A stretch of 64,000 nucleotides of DNA from an uncultured Flavobacteriaceae bacterium (lineage in GTDB: Bacteria > Bacteroidota > Bacteroidia > Flavobacteriales > Flavobacteriaceae). This document shows positions 9,368-17,978 of this stretch, piece by piece. Positions within the stretch are counted from its first letter, which is position 1. Each line of letters starts with the position of its first letter. Position numbers and translations under genes: made by a program. Below the pieces are notes generated by a model that did not search any database, was not told the origin of the DNA, and saw only the letters and a program-made list of their open reading frames with translations. The stretch lies in contig CAWEQF010000006.1 in assembly GCA_963811195.1 (NCBI GenBank), positions 24,905 through 88,904 on the forward strand. The letters run 5' to 3'.

Positions 9368-10342
9368 TTATTTAATTGGATAATTTACAGATCTCGGACT
9401 TATCCAGGTATTTTTATTTAACGCATTCCCATAATAGTCGCATAATTTCGAGAAAATTAACCGGTTTACTTTAAGTTTTTGGCTGAAAAAAAACAGCAGA
9501 CTTAGTATCGATAAAAGGCTTTTTTCCAGCAGAACTCCAAAGATCAATAAAGTATGCAGCGTTCCTCTTTTTAATCCGGAAAAATGATTTTGAATGTACA
9601 CGTGCTTCGAGATAATCACTTCTGTTTTGGTAAGCGATTTTGTTTGTACGTTTATTCTTGAAGCGCCGCCGTGTTGATGATAAATTGTCGCGGCTTTGGT
9701 AACGCCAACTTTTCCGTGGTTTTTGGCAACTTTTTTACAAAGATCCACATCTTCAAAATAAAGCCAGTAATCCTCCTTCCAGCCGTTTACTTTTTGAAAC
9801 CAGTATTTGCTTATAAAAATCACTGCACCGCTCACCCAATCCGGATAAAAAATATTGTTTTCAATTATAAACCGCTTTTTTAAATAGTCTTTATGAAATA
9901 CTCGCCACACCGCTCGAAAACTCCCAAAGAATCTTGAGAAGGAGGGAAATAACAAATTCTGTTTATAATAGGTGTTGTTTTCATTGATCTGAAGGCAGGA
10001 AAGAATTCCTATTTCAGGCTTGGATTTATAGGTTTTCAGTAATACATCTAAAGCCTCTGCGGTTAGGGTGGTATCAGGGTTCAGAAAAAGAAAATAGTCG
10101 CCTTTTGCATTCTTTGCCCCCAGATTACAGCCATTCGCAAAACCGTTATTCCCGCTATTTTCTATAAAAGTAAAATCTGAATATTCAGATTGAAAATCGG
10201 CTAATTTCCCGTCGTTAGAGGCATTATCTACAATAATAACTTCAAAATAAAAATCGGGAGCGCTTATTTTCTCAAGAGAATCCAGGCAATCGCGTAAGGC
10301 ATTCCAGCCCCGATAATTAACTATGATTACAGATATATCCAA
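9368..10342 (-). CDS. Glycosyltransferase family 2
   Basis: ISVIIVNY, VDNASND, NNGFANGCN, FLNPD, WLYFEDVDLC; TTG start. Confidence 0.88.
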   Translation of the reverse strand: MDISVIIVNYRGWNALRDCLDSLEKISAPDFYFEVIIVDNASNDGKLADFQSEYSDFTFIENSGNNGFANGCNLGAKNAKGDYFLFLNPDTTLTAEALDVLLKTYKSKPEIGILSCLQINENNTYYKQNLLFPSFSRFFGSFRAVWRVFHKDYLKKRFIIENNIFYPDWVSGAVIFISKYWFQKVNGWKEDYWLYFEDVDLCKKVAKNHGKVGVTKAATIYHQHGGASRINVQTKSLTKTEVIISKHVYIQNHFSGLKRGTLHTLLIFGVLLEKSLLSILSLLFFFSQKLKVNRLIFSKLCDYYGNALNKNTWISPRSVNYPIK

Positions 10343-10403
10343 ACAGGAGATTTTTATTTAATTCTTTATAGAAACTCTAATTCCCGAGGGTTTTGGTCAT
10401 TTT

Positions 10404-10455
10404 ACCTCTCCTTTAGAGAGGTCGGAAATACTTGTTGGAGCATTTCCGGGTGAGA
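10404..10455. repeat. Double-hairpin intergenic element, copy 2
   Basis: ACCTCTC-cttta-GAGAGGT, CGGAAATACT..AGCATTTCCG, GGTGAGA; abuts the dapD stop. Confidence 0.8.
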
Positions 10456-11271
10456 CTATACCGCTACATTATATTCCCTTAACGCCTCGTTAAGCGAAGT
10501 TTTTTTGTTGGTGCTTTCCTTGCGTTTTCCAATAATCAAAGCACAGGGCACCTGATATTCTCCTGCCGGAAATTTTTTGGTATAACTTCCCGGAATAACC
10601 ACCGATCTTGAAGGCACATACCCTTTAAACTCCTTAGGTTCATCGCCCGTGACATCAATTATCTTTGTAGAACCTGTAAGCACCACATTGGCGCCTAAAA
10701 CCGCTTCTTTTTCTACGCGAATTCCTTCTACCACTATACATCGTGAACCAATAAACGCGTTGTCTTCTATAATTACGGGAGCTGCCTGTAAAGGTTCCAG
10801 CACACCACCAATTCCAACGCCACCACTTAAATGCACATTCTTGCCAATCTGGGCGCAGCTTCCCACGGTGGCCCAGGTATCTACCATAGTTCCTTCATCT
10901 ACATAAGCTCCAATGTTTACATAACTAGGCATCATAATTACTCCGCTGGAAATAAAAGCTCCGTGTCTTGCAACGGCATTTGGTACCACCCGAATTCCTT
11001 TTTCCTTATACCCTGTTTTTAAAGGCATTTTATCGTGATATTCAAAAATTCCCGAGTGTAAAGTTTCCATTTTCTGAATAGGGAAATAAAGCACTACCGC
11101 TTTTTTCACCCATTCATTAACCTGCCATCCTTCTGCAGTGGGTTCTGCAACCCGCAGTTTTCCCAGGTCCAGTAATTCAATTACTTCGCGTATAGCGCTG
11201 GTGGTTTCTTCCTGCTGAAGTAAATCTCTGTTATCCCAGGCTGCGTTTATTTTTGATTTAAGATGTTCCAT
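10456..11271 (-). CDS. dapD: Tetrahydrodipicolinate N-succinyltransferase
   Basis: WQVNEWVKKAV, MPSYVNIGAYVDEGTMVDTWATVGSCAQIGKNVHLSGGVGIGGVLEPLQA. Confidence 0.96.
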   Translation of the reverse strand: MEHLKSKINAAWDNRDLLQQEETTSAIREVIELLDLGKLRVAEPTAEGWQVNEWVKKAVVLYFPIQKMETLHSGIFEYHDKMPLKTGYKEKGIRVVPNAVARHGAFISSGVIMMPSYVNIGAYVDEGTMVDTWATVGSCAQIGKNVHLSGGVGIGGVLEPLQAAPVIIEDNAFIGSRCIVVEGIRVEKEAVLGANVVLTGSTKIIDVTGDEPKEFKGYVPSRSVVIPGSYTKKFPAGEYQVPCALIIGKRKESTNKKTSLNEALREYNVAV

Positions 11272-11287
11272 TCCATTAAAATTTTAG

Positions 11288-11345
11288 CAAATATAACGGC
11301 TTCACTTCAATTTTTATGGGCATTACAATATAAACCTTACCTTTG
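11288..11345. promoter_or_regulatory. Divergent sigma-A promoters for dapD and ruvX
   Basis: TATATTTG on - (11288-11295) and TACCTTTG on + (11338-11345). Confidence 0.6.
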
Positions 11346-11357
11346 CTGAAAATTTTT

Positions 11358-11765
11358 ATGGGTAGAATACTCGCGCTCGATTTTGGGGTAAAACGCACCG
11401 GAATAGCGGTTACCGATGAAATGCAGATTATAGCATCTGGACTGGCAACGGTGGCTACTAAAGAGCTGTTGACTTTTCTTGATGATTATTTTCAGAAGGA
11501 AAAAGTGGAACTGGTATTGATAGGAGAACCTAAACAAATGAATAATACGGCTTCAGAAAGCGAAGTTTTTATTCTTGAATTTTTAAAAAAATTTATCCAA
11601 AAGTTTCCAACGATGCCTACCAAAAGGGTAGATGAGCGGTTCACCTCCAAAATGGCTGTAAAAACAATGATCGATAGTGGATTGAAGAAAAAAAAGCGCA
11701 GAGATAAAGCCTTATTGGACGAAATTAGCGCCACTATAATTTTGCAATCATATTTATATAAATAA
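11358..11765 (+). CDS. ruvX: RuvX/YqgF pre-16S rRNA nuclease
   Basis: ILALDFGVKRTGIAVTD, VDERFTS, DEISATIILQSYL; ATG at 11358. Confidence 0.93.
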   Translation: MGRILALDFGVKRTGIAVTDEMQIIASGLATVATKELLTFLDDYFQKEKVELVLIGEPKQMNNTASESEVFILEFLKKFIQKFPTMPTKRVDERFTSKMAVKTMIDSGLKKKKRRDKALLDEISATIILQSYLYK

Positions 11766-11813
11766 AATGTTGAAAGGGAGAAATTAGAAAAAAAGGCAAT
11801 GCCTGGAATTCTA

Positions 11814-11841
11814 TAACTTTGAACTTTAAACTTTAAACTTA
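11814..11841 (+). repeat. 4 x 7-bp tandem (nAACTTT) upstream of the def start
   Basis: taacttt gaacttt aaacttt aaactta, then cagaaATG. Confidence 0.7.
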
Positions 11842-11846
11842 CAGAA

Positions 11847-12437
11847 ATGATTTTACCAATAATAGCCTATGGAGATCCGGTTTTACGAAAGAAAGGAAAG
11901 GAAATTCCTGCAGATCACCCGGGTTTAAACGAACTTATAGATAATATGTGGGACACCATGTATAATGCATATGGTGTTGGGCTTGCTGCCCCCCAGATTG
12001 GGCAATCCCTTAGAATGTTTATTATAGACCCCGAACCTTTTGCCGAGGATGACGATTTAAGCGAAGAAGAAATTGAGCAGCTTAAGAATCTTCGAAAAGT
12101 TTTTATAAACCCTAAAATATTAACTGAAGAAGGCCAGGAATGGGCATTTGGTGAAGGTTGTCTGAGTATCCCGGAAATTCGGGAAGATGTGTTTCGCAAA
12201 CCGGATATAACCATAGAATATCAGGATGAAAATTTTAATACGCTTACAGAAACATACACCGGTCTTGCAGCCAGGGTTATTCAACATGAATATGACCATA
12301 TTGAAGGGATATTGTTTACAGATAAACTATCGAGTTTAAAAAAACGCCTGTTAAAGTCAAGGCTTAGCAATATTTCAAAAGGGAAAATACAGGCCGATTA
12401 TAAAATGCGATTCCCGCTTCAGAAAAAAGGACGTTGA
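11847..12437 (+). CDS. def: Peptide deformylase
   Basis: GVGLAAPQ, EGCLS, QHEYDH. Confidence 0.97.
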   Translation: MILPIIAYGDPVLRKKGKEIPADHPGLNELIDNMWDTMYNAYGVGLAAPQIGQSLRMFIIDPEPFAEDDDLSEEEIEQLKNLRKVFINPKILTEEGQEWAFGEGCLSIPEIREDVFRKPDITIEYQDENFNTLTETYTGLAARVIQHEYDHIEGILFTDKLSSLKKRLLKSRLSNISKGKIQADYKMRFPLQKKGR

Positions 12438-12494
12438 TTCTTTTGTTTTTAGTGGCGTAGGTGTGATATTTGCGAGCCAAAAAGAAAATTTGCT

Positions 12495-12914
12495 ATGGGT
12501 TTAGAAAAAATATTATCGATATCGGGAAAACCCGGTTTATATGAGTTAACTGCGCAAACCAGAGGCGGATTTATCGCGAAATCCATCACCGATGGGAATA
12601 AAATTGCAGTAAATGTGCGGCATAATGTGAGTTTGCTTAGTGAAATTGCCATTTATACCTATACAGAAGAAGTTCCTTTAGCCGAAATTTTTCAGAATAT
12701 GTATGAAAAAGAAGATGGAAAGGAAGCAATTAGCCACAAAGCCTCTAAAAAAGAACTGGAAAATTATTTTGCCGAGGTTTTACCGGATTATGATGTAGAT
12801 CGTGTGTACCAGAGCGATATTAAAAAGATAATCCAATGGTATAATCTTTTAATTTCTAATGGGTTTACAGATTTCAAAAAAGAAACCACCGAAAATAAAG
12901 ACGAAGAAGAATAA
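12495..12914 (+). CDS. Conserved Bacteroidota protein (DUF5606 family)
   Basis: ILSISGKPGLY, LSEIAIYT, LPDYDVDRVYQSDIKKIIQWYN. Confidence 0.75.
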   Translation: MGLEKILSISGKPGLYELTAQTRGGFIAKSITDGNKIAVNVRHNVSLLSEIAIYTYTEEVPLAEIFQNMYEKEDGKEAISHKASKKELENYFAEVLPDYDVDRVYQSDIKKIIQWYNLLISNGFTDFKKETTENKDEEE

Positions 12915-12934
12915 TCGAATTACAAATATCACAG

Positions 12935-12964
12935 AAAAGCAGCTTTTTTAAAGCTGCTTTTTTT
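12935..12964 (+). terminator. Intrinsic terminator after ruvX-def-DUF5606
   Basis: AAAAGCAGCTTT..AAAGCTGCTTTT followed by a T-run. Confidence 0.8.
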
Positions 12965-13043
12965 GTTTAAAAAAATCTGATATATTTCTTCGGAGAAAAA
13001 CTTTAAAAACTTACCAAATCGTATTTTTACAAAAAGCTACAAA

Positions 13044-13817
13044 ATGAACTCACGAAAAGAGCAATTAGCAGCACTGGACAGGTTGTTGACCATTATGGAT
13101 GAACTTAGGGAACAATGCCCCTGGGATAAAAAACAAACCATGGAAAGCCTGCGGCATCTTACTATCGAAGAGGTATACGAATTGGGCGATGCGATTCTTG
13201 AAAAGGATCTGGTAGAAACCAAAAAAGAGTTGGGAGATATCTTACTCCATATTGTGTTTTACGCTAAAATTGGGAGTGAAACCGGGGATTTTGATATCGC
13301 TAATGTTGCGAATAGCATCTGTGAAAAGTTAATCTCCCGACATCCGCATATTTACGGCGATGTACAAGTTGCCAATGAAGAAGAAGTGAAGCAGAACTGG
13401 GAAAAACTAAAATTAAAGGAAGGGAAAAAGAGTGTTCTGGAAGGAGTTCCTGCTTCGCTTCCTGCCCTGGTAAAAGCCAGTAGGATTCAGGATAAAGTTG
13501 CAGGAGTGGGGTTCGACTGGGAAGAACCCCATCAGGTTTTCGAGAAGTTAAAAGAAGAACTAGACGAGTTGCAGCACGAGATAAATATTCAGGATAAAGA
13601 TAAAATTGAAGCAGAATTTGGAGATGTATTGTTCTCTATGATAAATTACGCACGGTTCCTTAAAATAAATCCCGAAAACGCCCTGGAACGCACCAACAAA
13701 AAATTTATAAAACGCTTTCAGTATCTTGAAAAAAAGTCAGGAGAAATCAATAAGCCACTTAGCGAGATGAGCCTTTCAGAAATGGATGTTTACTGGGAAG
13801 AAGCTAAAAAAATATAG
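13044..13817 (+). CDS. mazG: Nucleoside triphosphate pyrophosphohydrolase MazG
   Basis: CPWDKKQT, IEEVYE, KELGDILL, KLISRHPH, second domain EFGDVLF. Confidence 0.95.
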   Translation: MNSRKEQLAALDRLLTIMDELREQCPWDKKQTMESLRHLTIEEVYELGDAILEKDLVETKKELGDILLHIVFYAKIGSETGDFDIANVANSICEKLISRHPHIYGDVQVANEEEVKQNWEKLKLKEGKKSVLEGVPASLPALVKASRIQDKVAGVGFDWEEPHQVFEKLKEELDELQHEINIQDKDKIEAEFGDVLFSMINYARFLKINPENALERTNKKFIKRFQYLEKKSGEINKPLSEMSLSEMDVYWEEAKKI

Positions 13818-13819
13818 CA

Positions 13820-14446
13820 CTATTTCTCAAAAACTATCAGATCTTTATAAACTTCAAGCTTTTTAAACCCCAGGTTGGAGGAAATCCATCGTAAGGTTTT
13901 TTCAGAATAAAAGAAAACATGCGTGGGATCATTCTTATAATACCAGTTTTCAAAAGAAATATTTTCCGGCAATAGTGAAGTTTTGCAGTACAATCTTCCG
14001 CAGGGATTAAGCAGTTTATAAAGTTGCTGAAACTCTTTTTTAGGTTTATGAAAATGCTCCATGACCTCGCAACAAATTATAAAATCATATTTTTCCTCTA
14101 ATACTTCCGGGTGATTTTCAAAATAAGGATCGAATAAGTTGATTTTATATCCTTTTTTCTGAAGTTGAAAAGTGGCAACAGGGCCTCTGCCACAACCAAA
14201 ATCCAGGCCTTTTCCCGGGGTTTTAAAATCCTGCTGAATCTTATTGGTAATAGGACTTACAAACTTTTGATACCCCACATCGTTCACATCATTTTCATGA
14301 AAAGAATATCTTTCTGCTTCTTCATTTTGGGAAATATAAAAACGGGGAGACAGAAAAATAGCACCGCACGCCAGGCATCTATAAAATATTTTTTGCTGAT
14401 ATTTCAGTGTTTTTTTGCAATCTGTATTACATAAAACACATTTCAT
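13820..14446 (-). CDS. Class I SAM-dependent methyltransferase with N-terminal Zn-ribbon
   Basis: CVLC..CLAC, GLDFGCGRG, CEVMEH, WYYKNDPTHVFFYS. Confidence 0.85.
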   Translation of the reverse strand: MKCVLCNTDCKKTLKYQQKIFYRCLACGAIFLSPRFYISQNEEAERYSFHENDVNDVGYQKFVSPITNKIQQDFKTPGKGLDFGCGRGPVATFQLQKKGYKINLFDPYFENHPEVLEEKYDFIICCEVMEHFHKPKKEFQQLYKLLNPCGRLYCKTSLLPENISFENWYYKNDPTHVFFYSEKTLRWISSNLGFKKLEVYKDLIVFEK

Positions 14447-14491
14447 TTCGATACGATCAGATTATATTTTAGAAGTAAAAATAATATTTAT

Positions 14492-14592
14492 TGTCTGTTC
14501 GGGCGGAGTCGAGAACTTTGCGATGTCCATTCGAGCAGAGTCGGGAACTTCTACTTAAAAAAATTAAGGTCTCTATTTCGCCAGACCGGACA
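14492..14592. repeat. Cluster of three 25-bp REP-like units (two direct, one inverted)
   Basis: tgtctgttcgggcggagtcgagaac (14492-14516), tgtccattcgagcagagtcgggaac (14524-14548), inverted ggtctctatttcgccagaccggaca (14568-14592). Confidence 0.78.
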
Positions 14593-14633
14593 AATAATTC
14601 TGGAATATAATATCTGTTGAACCTTTCTTCTTT

Positions 14634-17129
14634 TTAATAAAGGCTCTTTATTTTTTCCAGCTTTTCCTTCCAGATCTTTAATTGTTCCTTGTGGTCCTTT
14701 ATATTTTTATGTACTTCCTGTACGAGCGGATTTTTATCTTCAACATTCGAAAAGAACTGAAGGTTGTTTTCCAGCTGACGAATCTCTGCTTTGGTTTCTT
14801 CTACTTTTTTGCTTAAGAAATAATGTTCATTACGCAGTTTTTTCTCATCATCTGAATCATTAATGGCCTGAAGTTTATTTTCATACTTCATCATTTCGGC
14901 CTTTTTCTGATCTACATCCAGTTTAGAGAATAGCTGATCCAGCTGCTTATTAAATTTGCCTTCAATAAAGCGTTTGTTATAAGGAACCTTTCCTACATTT
15001 TTCCACTCTTCGATAGTCGCTTTTATCTTTGGAAGATCCTTTCTTTTATCGCCGGTAAATTCGTGAGATTTTAAACTGTCAAGAATATCCTTTTTTTGTT
15101 CGAAAGCTTTTGTTTCCTCGGCATTTTCTTCACGGCTGGAAGAGTGCATTCTGTCAAAATAATGGTTACAGGCCGCTTTAAACTGTTTCCAAACCTTATC
15201 GCTGTCCCGCCGCGGAACATGTCCTATTTTTTTCCAGTCGGCCTGGATTTTTTTCATTAAGGGAGTTGTAGCCTTAAAATCTTCGTTGTCCTTATTGTCC
15301 TCGGCAATTTTTATAAGCTCTTTCTTCTTTTCCAGATTTTCATACTGTTCCTTTTTCAAGCCTTTGTAATAAGCATTTTTATTGCGGTTGAACTGCCTTA
15401 CATTGGTTTTAAATGCACTCCAGGTTTCTTCATTTTTGTCTCTCGGCACTTTTCCTGCTTTAAAGAAACTATCCCTTAGTACTTCCAGTTCCTTTATTTT
15501 TTGTTGCCATTGGTTATGGGAAGTATATTTGGTTTCTGCCAGTTCTTTAATTTTTGCTATTATTAGCTGTTTTACCTCAAGGTTTTTCTCAAATTGTTTT
15601 TCGAGTTCATCATAGTATGCCTGGCGTAGGTCATGTATTTTTTTTGTAGCCACACTAAACCTGTCCCAGATATCTTCGCGAAACTCTCTGGCCACCGGGC
15701 CAAGTTCTTCCTTCCACATTTTATGCAGCATTTGCAACTCCCTAAATGCCCTGTTGGTATCGGTTTCCTGAGTTAGCTCTTCGGCACGATCAATAATTTT
15801 AAGCTTTTGCTCCAGGTTATGTTTAAAATCCAGATCTCGAAATTCCCTGTTTAAGTGCAGAAAATCGTAGAAATTTTCTACGTGATGGTGATACGTATTC
15901 CAAACGGTATTATATTTATCTCGTGGAATAGGCCCGGCTGTACGCCATTTATCCTGAATATCTTTAAAATGCTTATAGGTGGTGTTTATATTTTCTTCAA
16001 CATCTATAAGCCCTTTTAGTTCTTCTATAATATCAAGCCGGTTTTGTAAATTCTTATTAAGATCCTGCTTAAGCTGCTTATAATAATTGTTGCGTTTTTC
16101 TTTGTAATCAAAATAAATGGAATTAAAACGCTTTTTAAGTGGAGTAGAGTAGTGGAAGTCTATAATATTACCGCCATCTGCTAAAAACTCCTCCTTTTTT
16201 TCTTCCAGTTCTTCTTCGAACTTGGCATTAAATTCTGCTCTTATTTCTTCTACATGTTCTTTGATTGTCTGGATTTTTTCCTTTTTAATAAGGTTTTCCA
16301 GTTCATCGGCAAGTTTTTCCTTGCTCATGGCATGGTAATCTTTTTTCTCGATCCCATGGCGCTCGTGCGAAGTTTCATCTTCGCTGTCTTCGGCTACACT
16401 TTCTTCAAATTCTGCCTGTGCGTTTTTCTTTTCGGCATATTTAGAAACAATTTCTTTGTCGTCCTCATCTTCATCTTCAGAAGATTCTGAAACCGTTTTT
16501 TCTTCAGAAGAACCTTTTTCCTGTTTAGCACTCTCTTTTTCTGAACTTTTTTCTGCTTCCGCTTCAGAAGGCTCTTTTTCTTTAACCACAGGTTCTTTTT
16601 CCTCTTCTTTTTTTTCTTCAGAAGATTCTGAAACCGTTTTTTCTTCAGAAGAACCTTTTTCCTGTTTAGCACTCTCTTTTTCTGAACTTTTTTCTGCTTC
16701 CGCTTCAGAAGTCGCTTTTTCTTTAACCACAGGTTTTTTTTCCTCTTCTTTTTCTACTTCAGAAGAAGTGTTTTCGGATAGATTTTCTTGTTTTATTGAA
16801 TCGGATAATTTTTCTGTAGATTCTTCTTTTTTCTCACCTACTTCCTGTTCTTTATTGGCATTGTGATATTCCTGTTCTCTCTCTTCGGTTTCCTGGCTTT
16901 TACTACCGGAAGCGCTTTCATTTACCATCGCATTTTCAAGACTGTCCTTGTTTTCTTCAACCGAAACTTGTTCAGCAGATTCCGAAACAGGAGGGTGTTT
17001 CGGTTTTTCCGAAGATTTCTCCTTGGTTTTATCTGAAGTATTTACGGGTTTGGAAGCCGCAGATTTATTCTTTTCCAATTCTTCTTTAGGGAAATTCTTT
17101 GGGTTTTTTTCGTTTTCTGGCTGAGACAT
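14634..17129 (-). CDS. DUF349 domain protein with a long acidic low-complexity N-terminus
   Basis: Repeated (W)..GP(I/V)PR....W..F / GHVPR / GKVP helical modules; likely start at ATG 17129 (ORF extends to 17138). Confidence 0.85.
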   Translation of the reverse strand: MSQPENEKNPKNFPKEELEKNKSAASKPVNTSDKTKEKSSEKPKHPPVSESAEQVSVEENKDSLENAMVNESASGSKSQETEEREQEYHNANKEQEVGEKKEESTEKLSDSIKQENLSENTSSEVEKEEEKKPVVKEKATSEAEAEKSSEKESAKQEKGSSEEKTVSESSEEKKEEEKEPVVKEKEPSEAEAEKSSEKESAKQEKGSSEEKTVSESSEDEDEDDKEIVSKYAEKKNAQAEFEESVAEDSEDETSHERHGIEKKDYHAMSKEKLADELENLIKKEKIQTIKEHVEEIRAEFNAKFEEELEEKKEEFLADGGNIIDFHYSTPLKKRFNSIYFDYKEKRNNYYKQLKQDLNKNLQNRLDIIEELKGLIDVEENINTTYKHFKDIQDKWRTAGPIPRDKYNTVWNTYHHHVENFYDFLHLNREFRDLDFKHNLEQKLKIIDRAEELTQETDTNRAFRELQMLHKMWKEELGPVAREFREDIWDRFSVATKKIHDLRQAYYDELEKQFEKNLEVKQLIIAKIKELAETKYTSHNQWQQKIKELEVLRDSFFKAGKVPRDKNEETWSAFKTNVRQFNRNKNAYYKGLKKEQYENLEKKKELIKIAEDNKDNEDFKATTPLMKKIQADWKKIGHVPRRDSDKVWKQFKAACNHYFDRMHSSSREENAEETKAFEQKKDILDSLKSHEFTGDKRKDLPKIKATIEEWKNVGKVPYNKRFIEGKFNKQLDQLFSKLDVDQKKAEMMKYENKLQAINDSDDEKKLRNEHYFLSKKVEETKAEIRQLENNLQFFSNVEDKNPLVQEVHKNIKDHKEQLKIWKEKLEKIKSLY
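16474..16753. repeat. In-frame 141-bp (47-aa) tandem duplication inside the DUF349 gene
   Basis: gaagattctgaaaccg begins at both 16480 and 16621; the copies are nearly identical. Confidence 0.93.
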
Positions 17130-17243
17130 GTCTTTCAATGTTAAGGTTCGTCAATAAAAATCAATGCTGAAAGATAACAACTCCCCCAAAATCTGCCAAG
17201 TTTTAGCTGAATTTAAAAGTGAAAGATGAAAAAGGAAAAGGAA

Positions 17244-17978
17244 TTAAGCCCTGGAATTCCATATTTGCCAGGCCTTTTCTGCCTGTAATTCCAGCATTTT
17301 TTGTCCGTTTATAACTTTCGCCCCTTTTTTAGCGGCTAATTTCATTAACCGAGTAAATGGCGGATTGTAAATAAGATCGTACACCAGGTGTTTCGGGCCT
17401 ATATATTCCATAGGGATATGCGGATATTTTTCCACATTGGGCGAAGTTCCTAAAGGCGTGCAATTTACAATAAGTTGATGGTTGTGCATGATTTCTCCGG
17501 TAAGATCTGCATAGGTGAGATTTGCCTTTTTCCGGCTTCTGGAAACATATTGATAGGGAATTTCCAGTTTTTTTAAAGCGTAGGCTACCGCAAGCGATGC
17601 ACCACCTGTACTAAGAATTAAGGCTGAAATTTTTCCGATAGACAGGAAAGGTTTTAAAGAACCCAGAAACCCGTAATAATCGGTGTTATAACCTATTTTT
17701 TTTCCATCGATAATTTTAACGGTGTTCACTGCTCCAATTTCCCGCGCAACAGGATCCAGCTCATCTAAAAATGGAATAACTTTCTGCTTATAGGGAATAG
17801 TAACATTTAAGCCATTAATCCCTGTCCACTTTTCAAAAAGTTTGGGAAACTCCTGAATGCTGTTGATATCAAAATTTAAGTAATGAGCATCTATTTTCTC
17901 TTTTTCAAATTTTTCAGAAAAATATGCCCTTGAAAAGGAATAACTTATATTTTTTCCTATAAGTCCGTAAGTTTTCAT
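17244..17978 (-). CDS. aroE: Shikimate dehydrogenase
   Basis: GLNVTIPYK, GAVNT, NTD, VNCTPLG, DLIYNP, GQKMLELQA. Confidence 0.93.
   Translation of the reverse strand: MKTYGLIGKNISYSFSRAYFSEKFEKEKIDAHYLNFDINSIQEFPKLFEKWTGINGLNVTIPYKQKVIPFLDELDPVAREIGAVNTVKIIDGKKIGYNTDYYGFLGSLKPFLSIGKISALILSTGGASLAVAYALKKLEIPYQYVSRSRKKANLTYADLTGEIMHNHQLIVNCTPLGTSPNVEKYPHIPMEYIGPKHLVYDLIYNPPFTRLMKLAAKKGAKVINGQKMLELQAEKAWQIWNSRA

Noticed and set aside
13044-13817. MazG as part of a toxin-antitoxin or anti-phage system
   Set aside because: It is the two-domain housekeeping type with no adjacent mazEF or defence genes.
14492-14548. Two direct repeats as a mini-CRISPR
   Set aside because: The spacer is only 7 nt, the repeats are degenerate, a third copy is inverted, and there are no cas genes.
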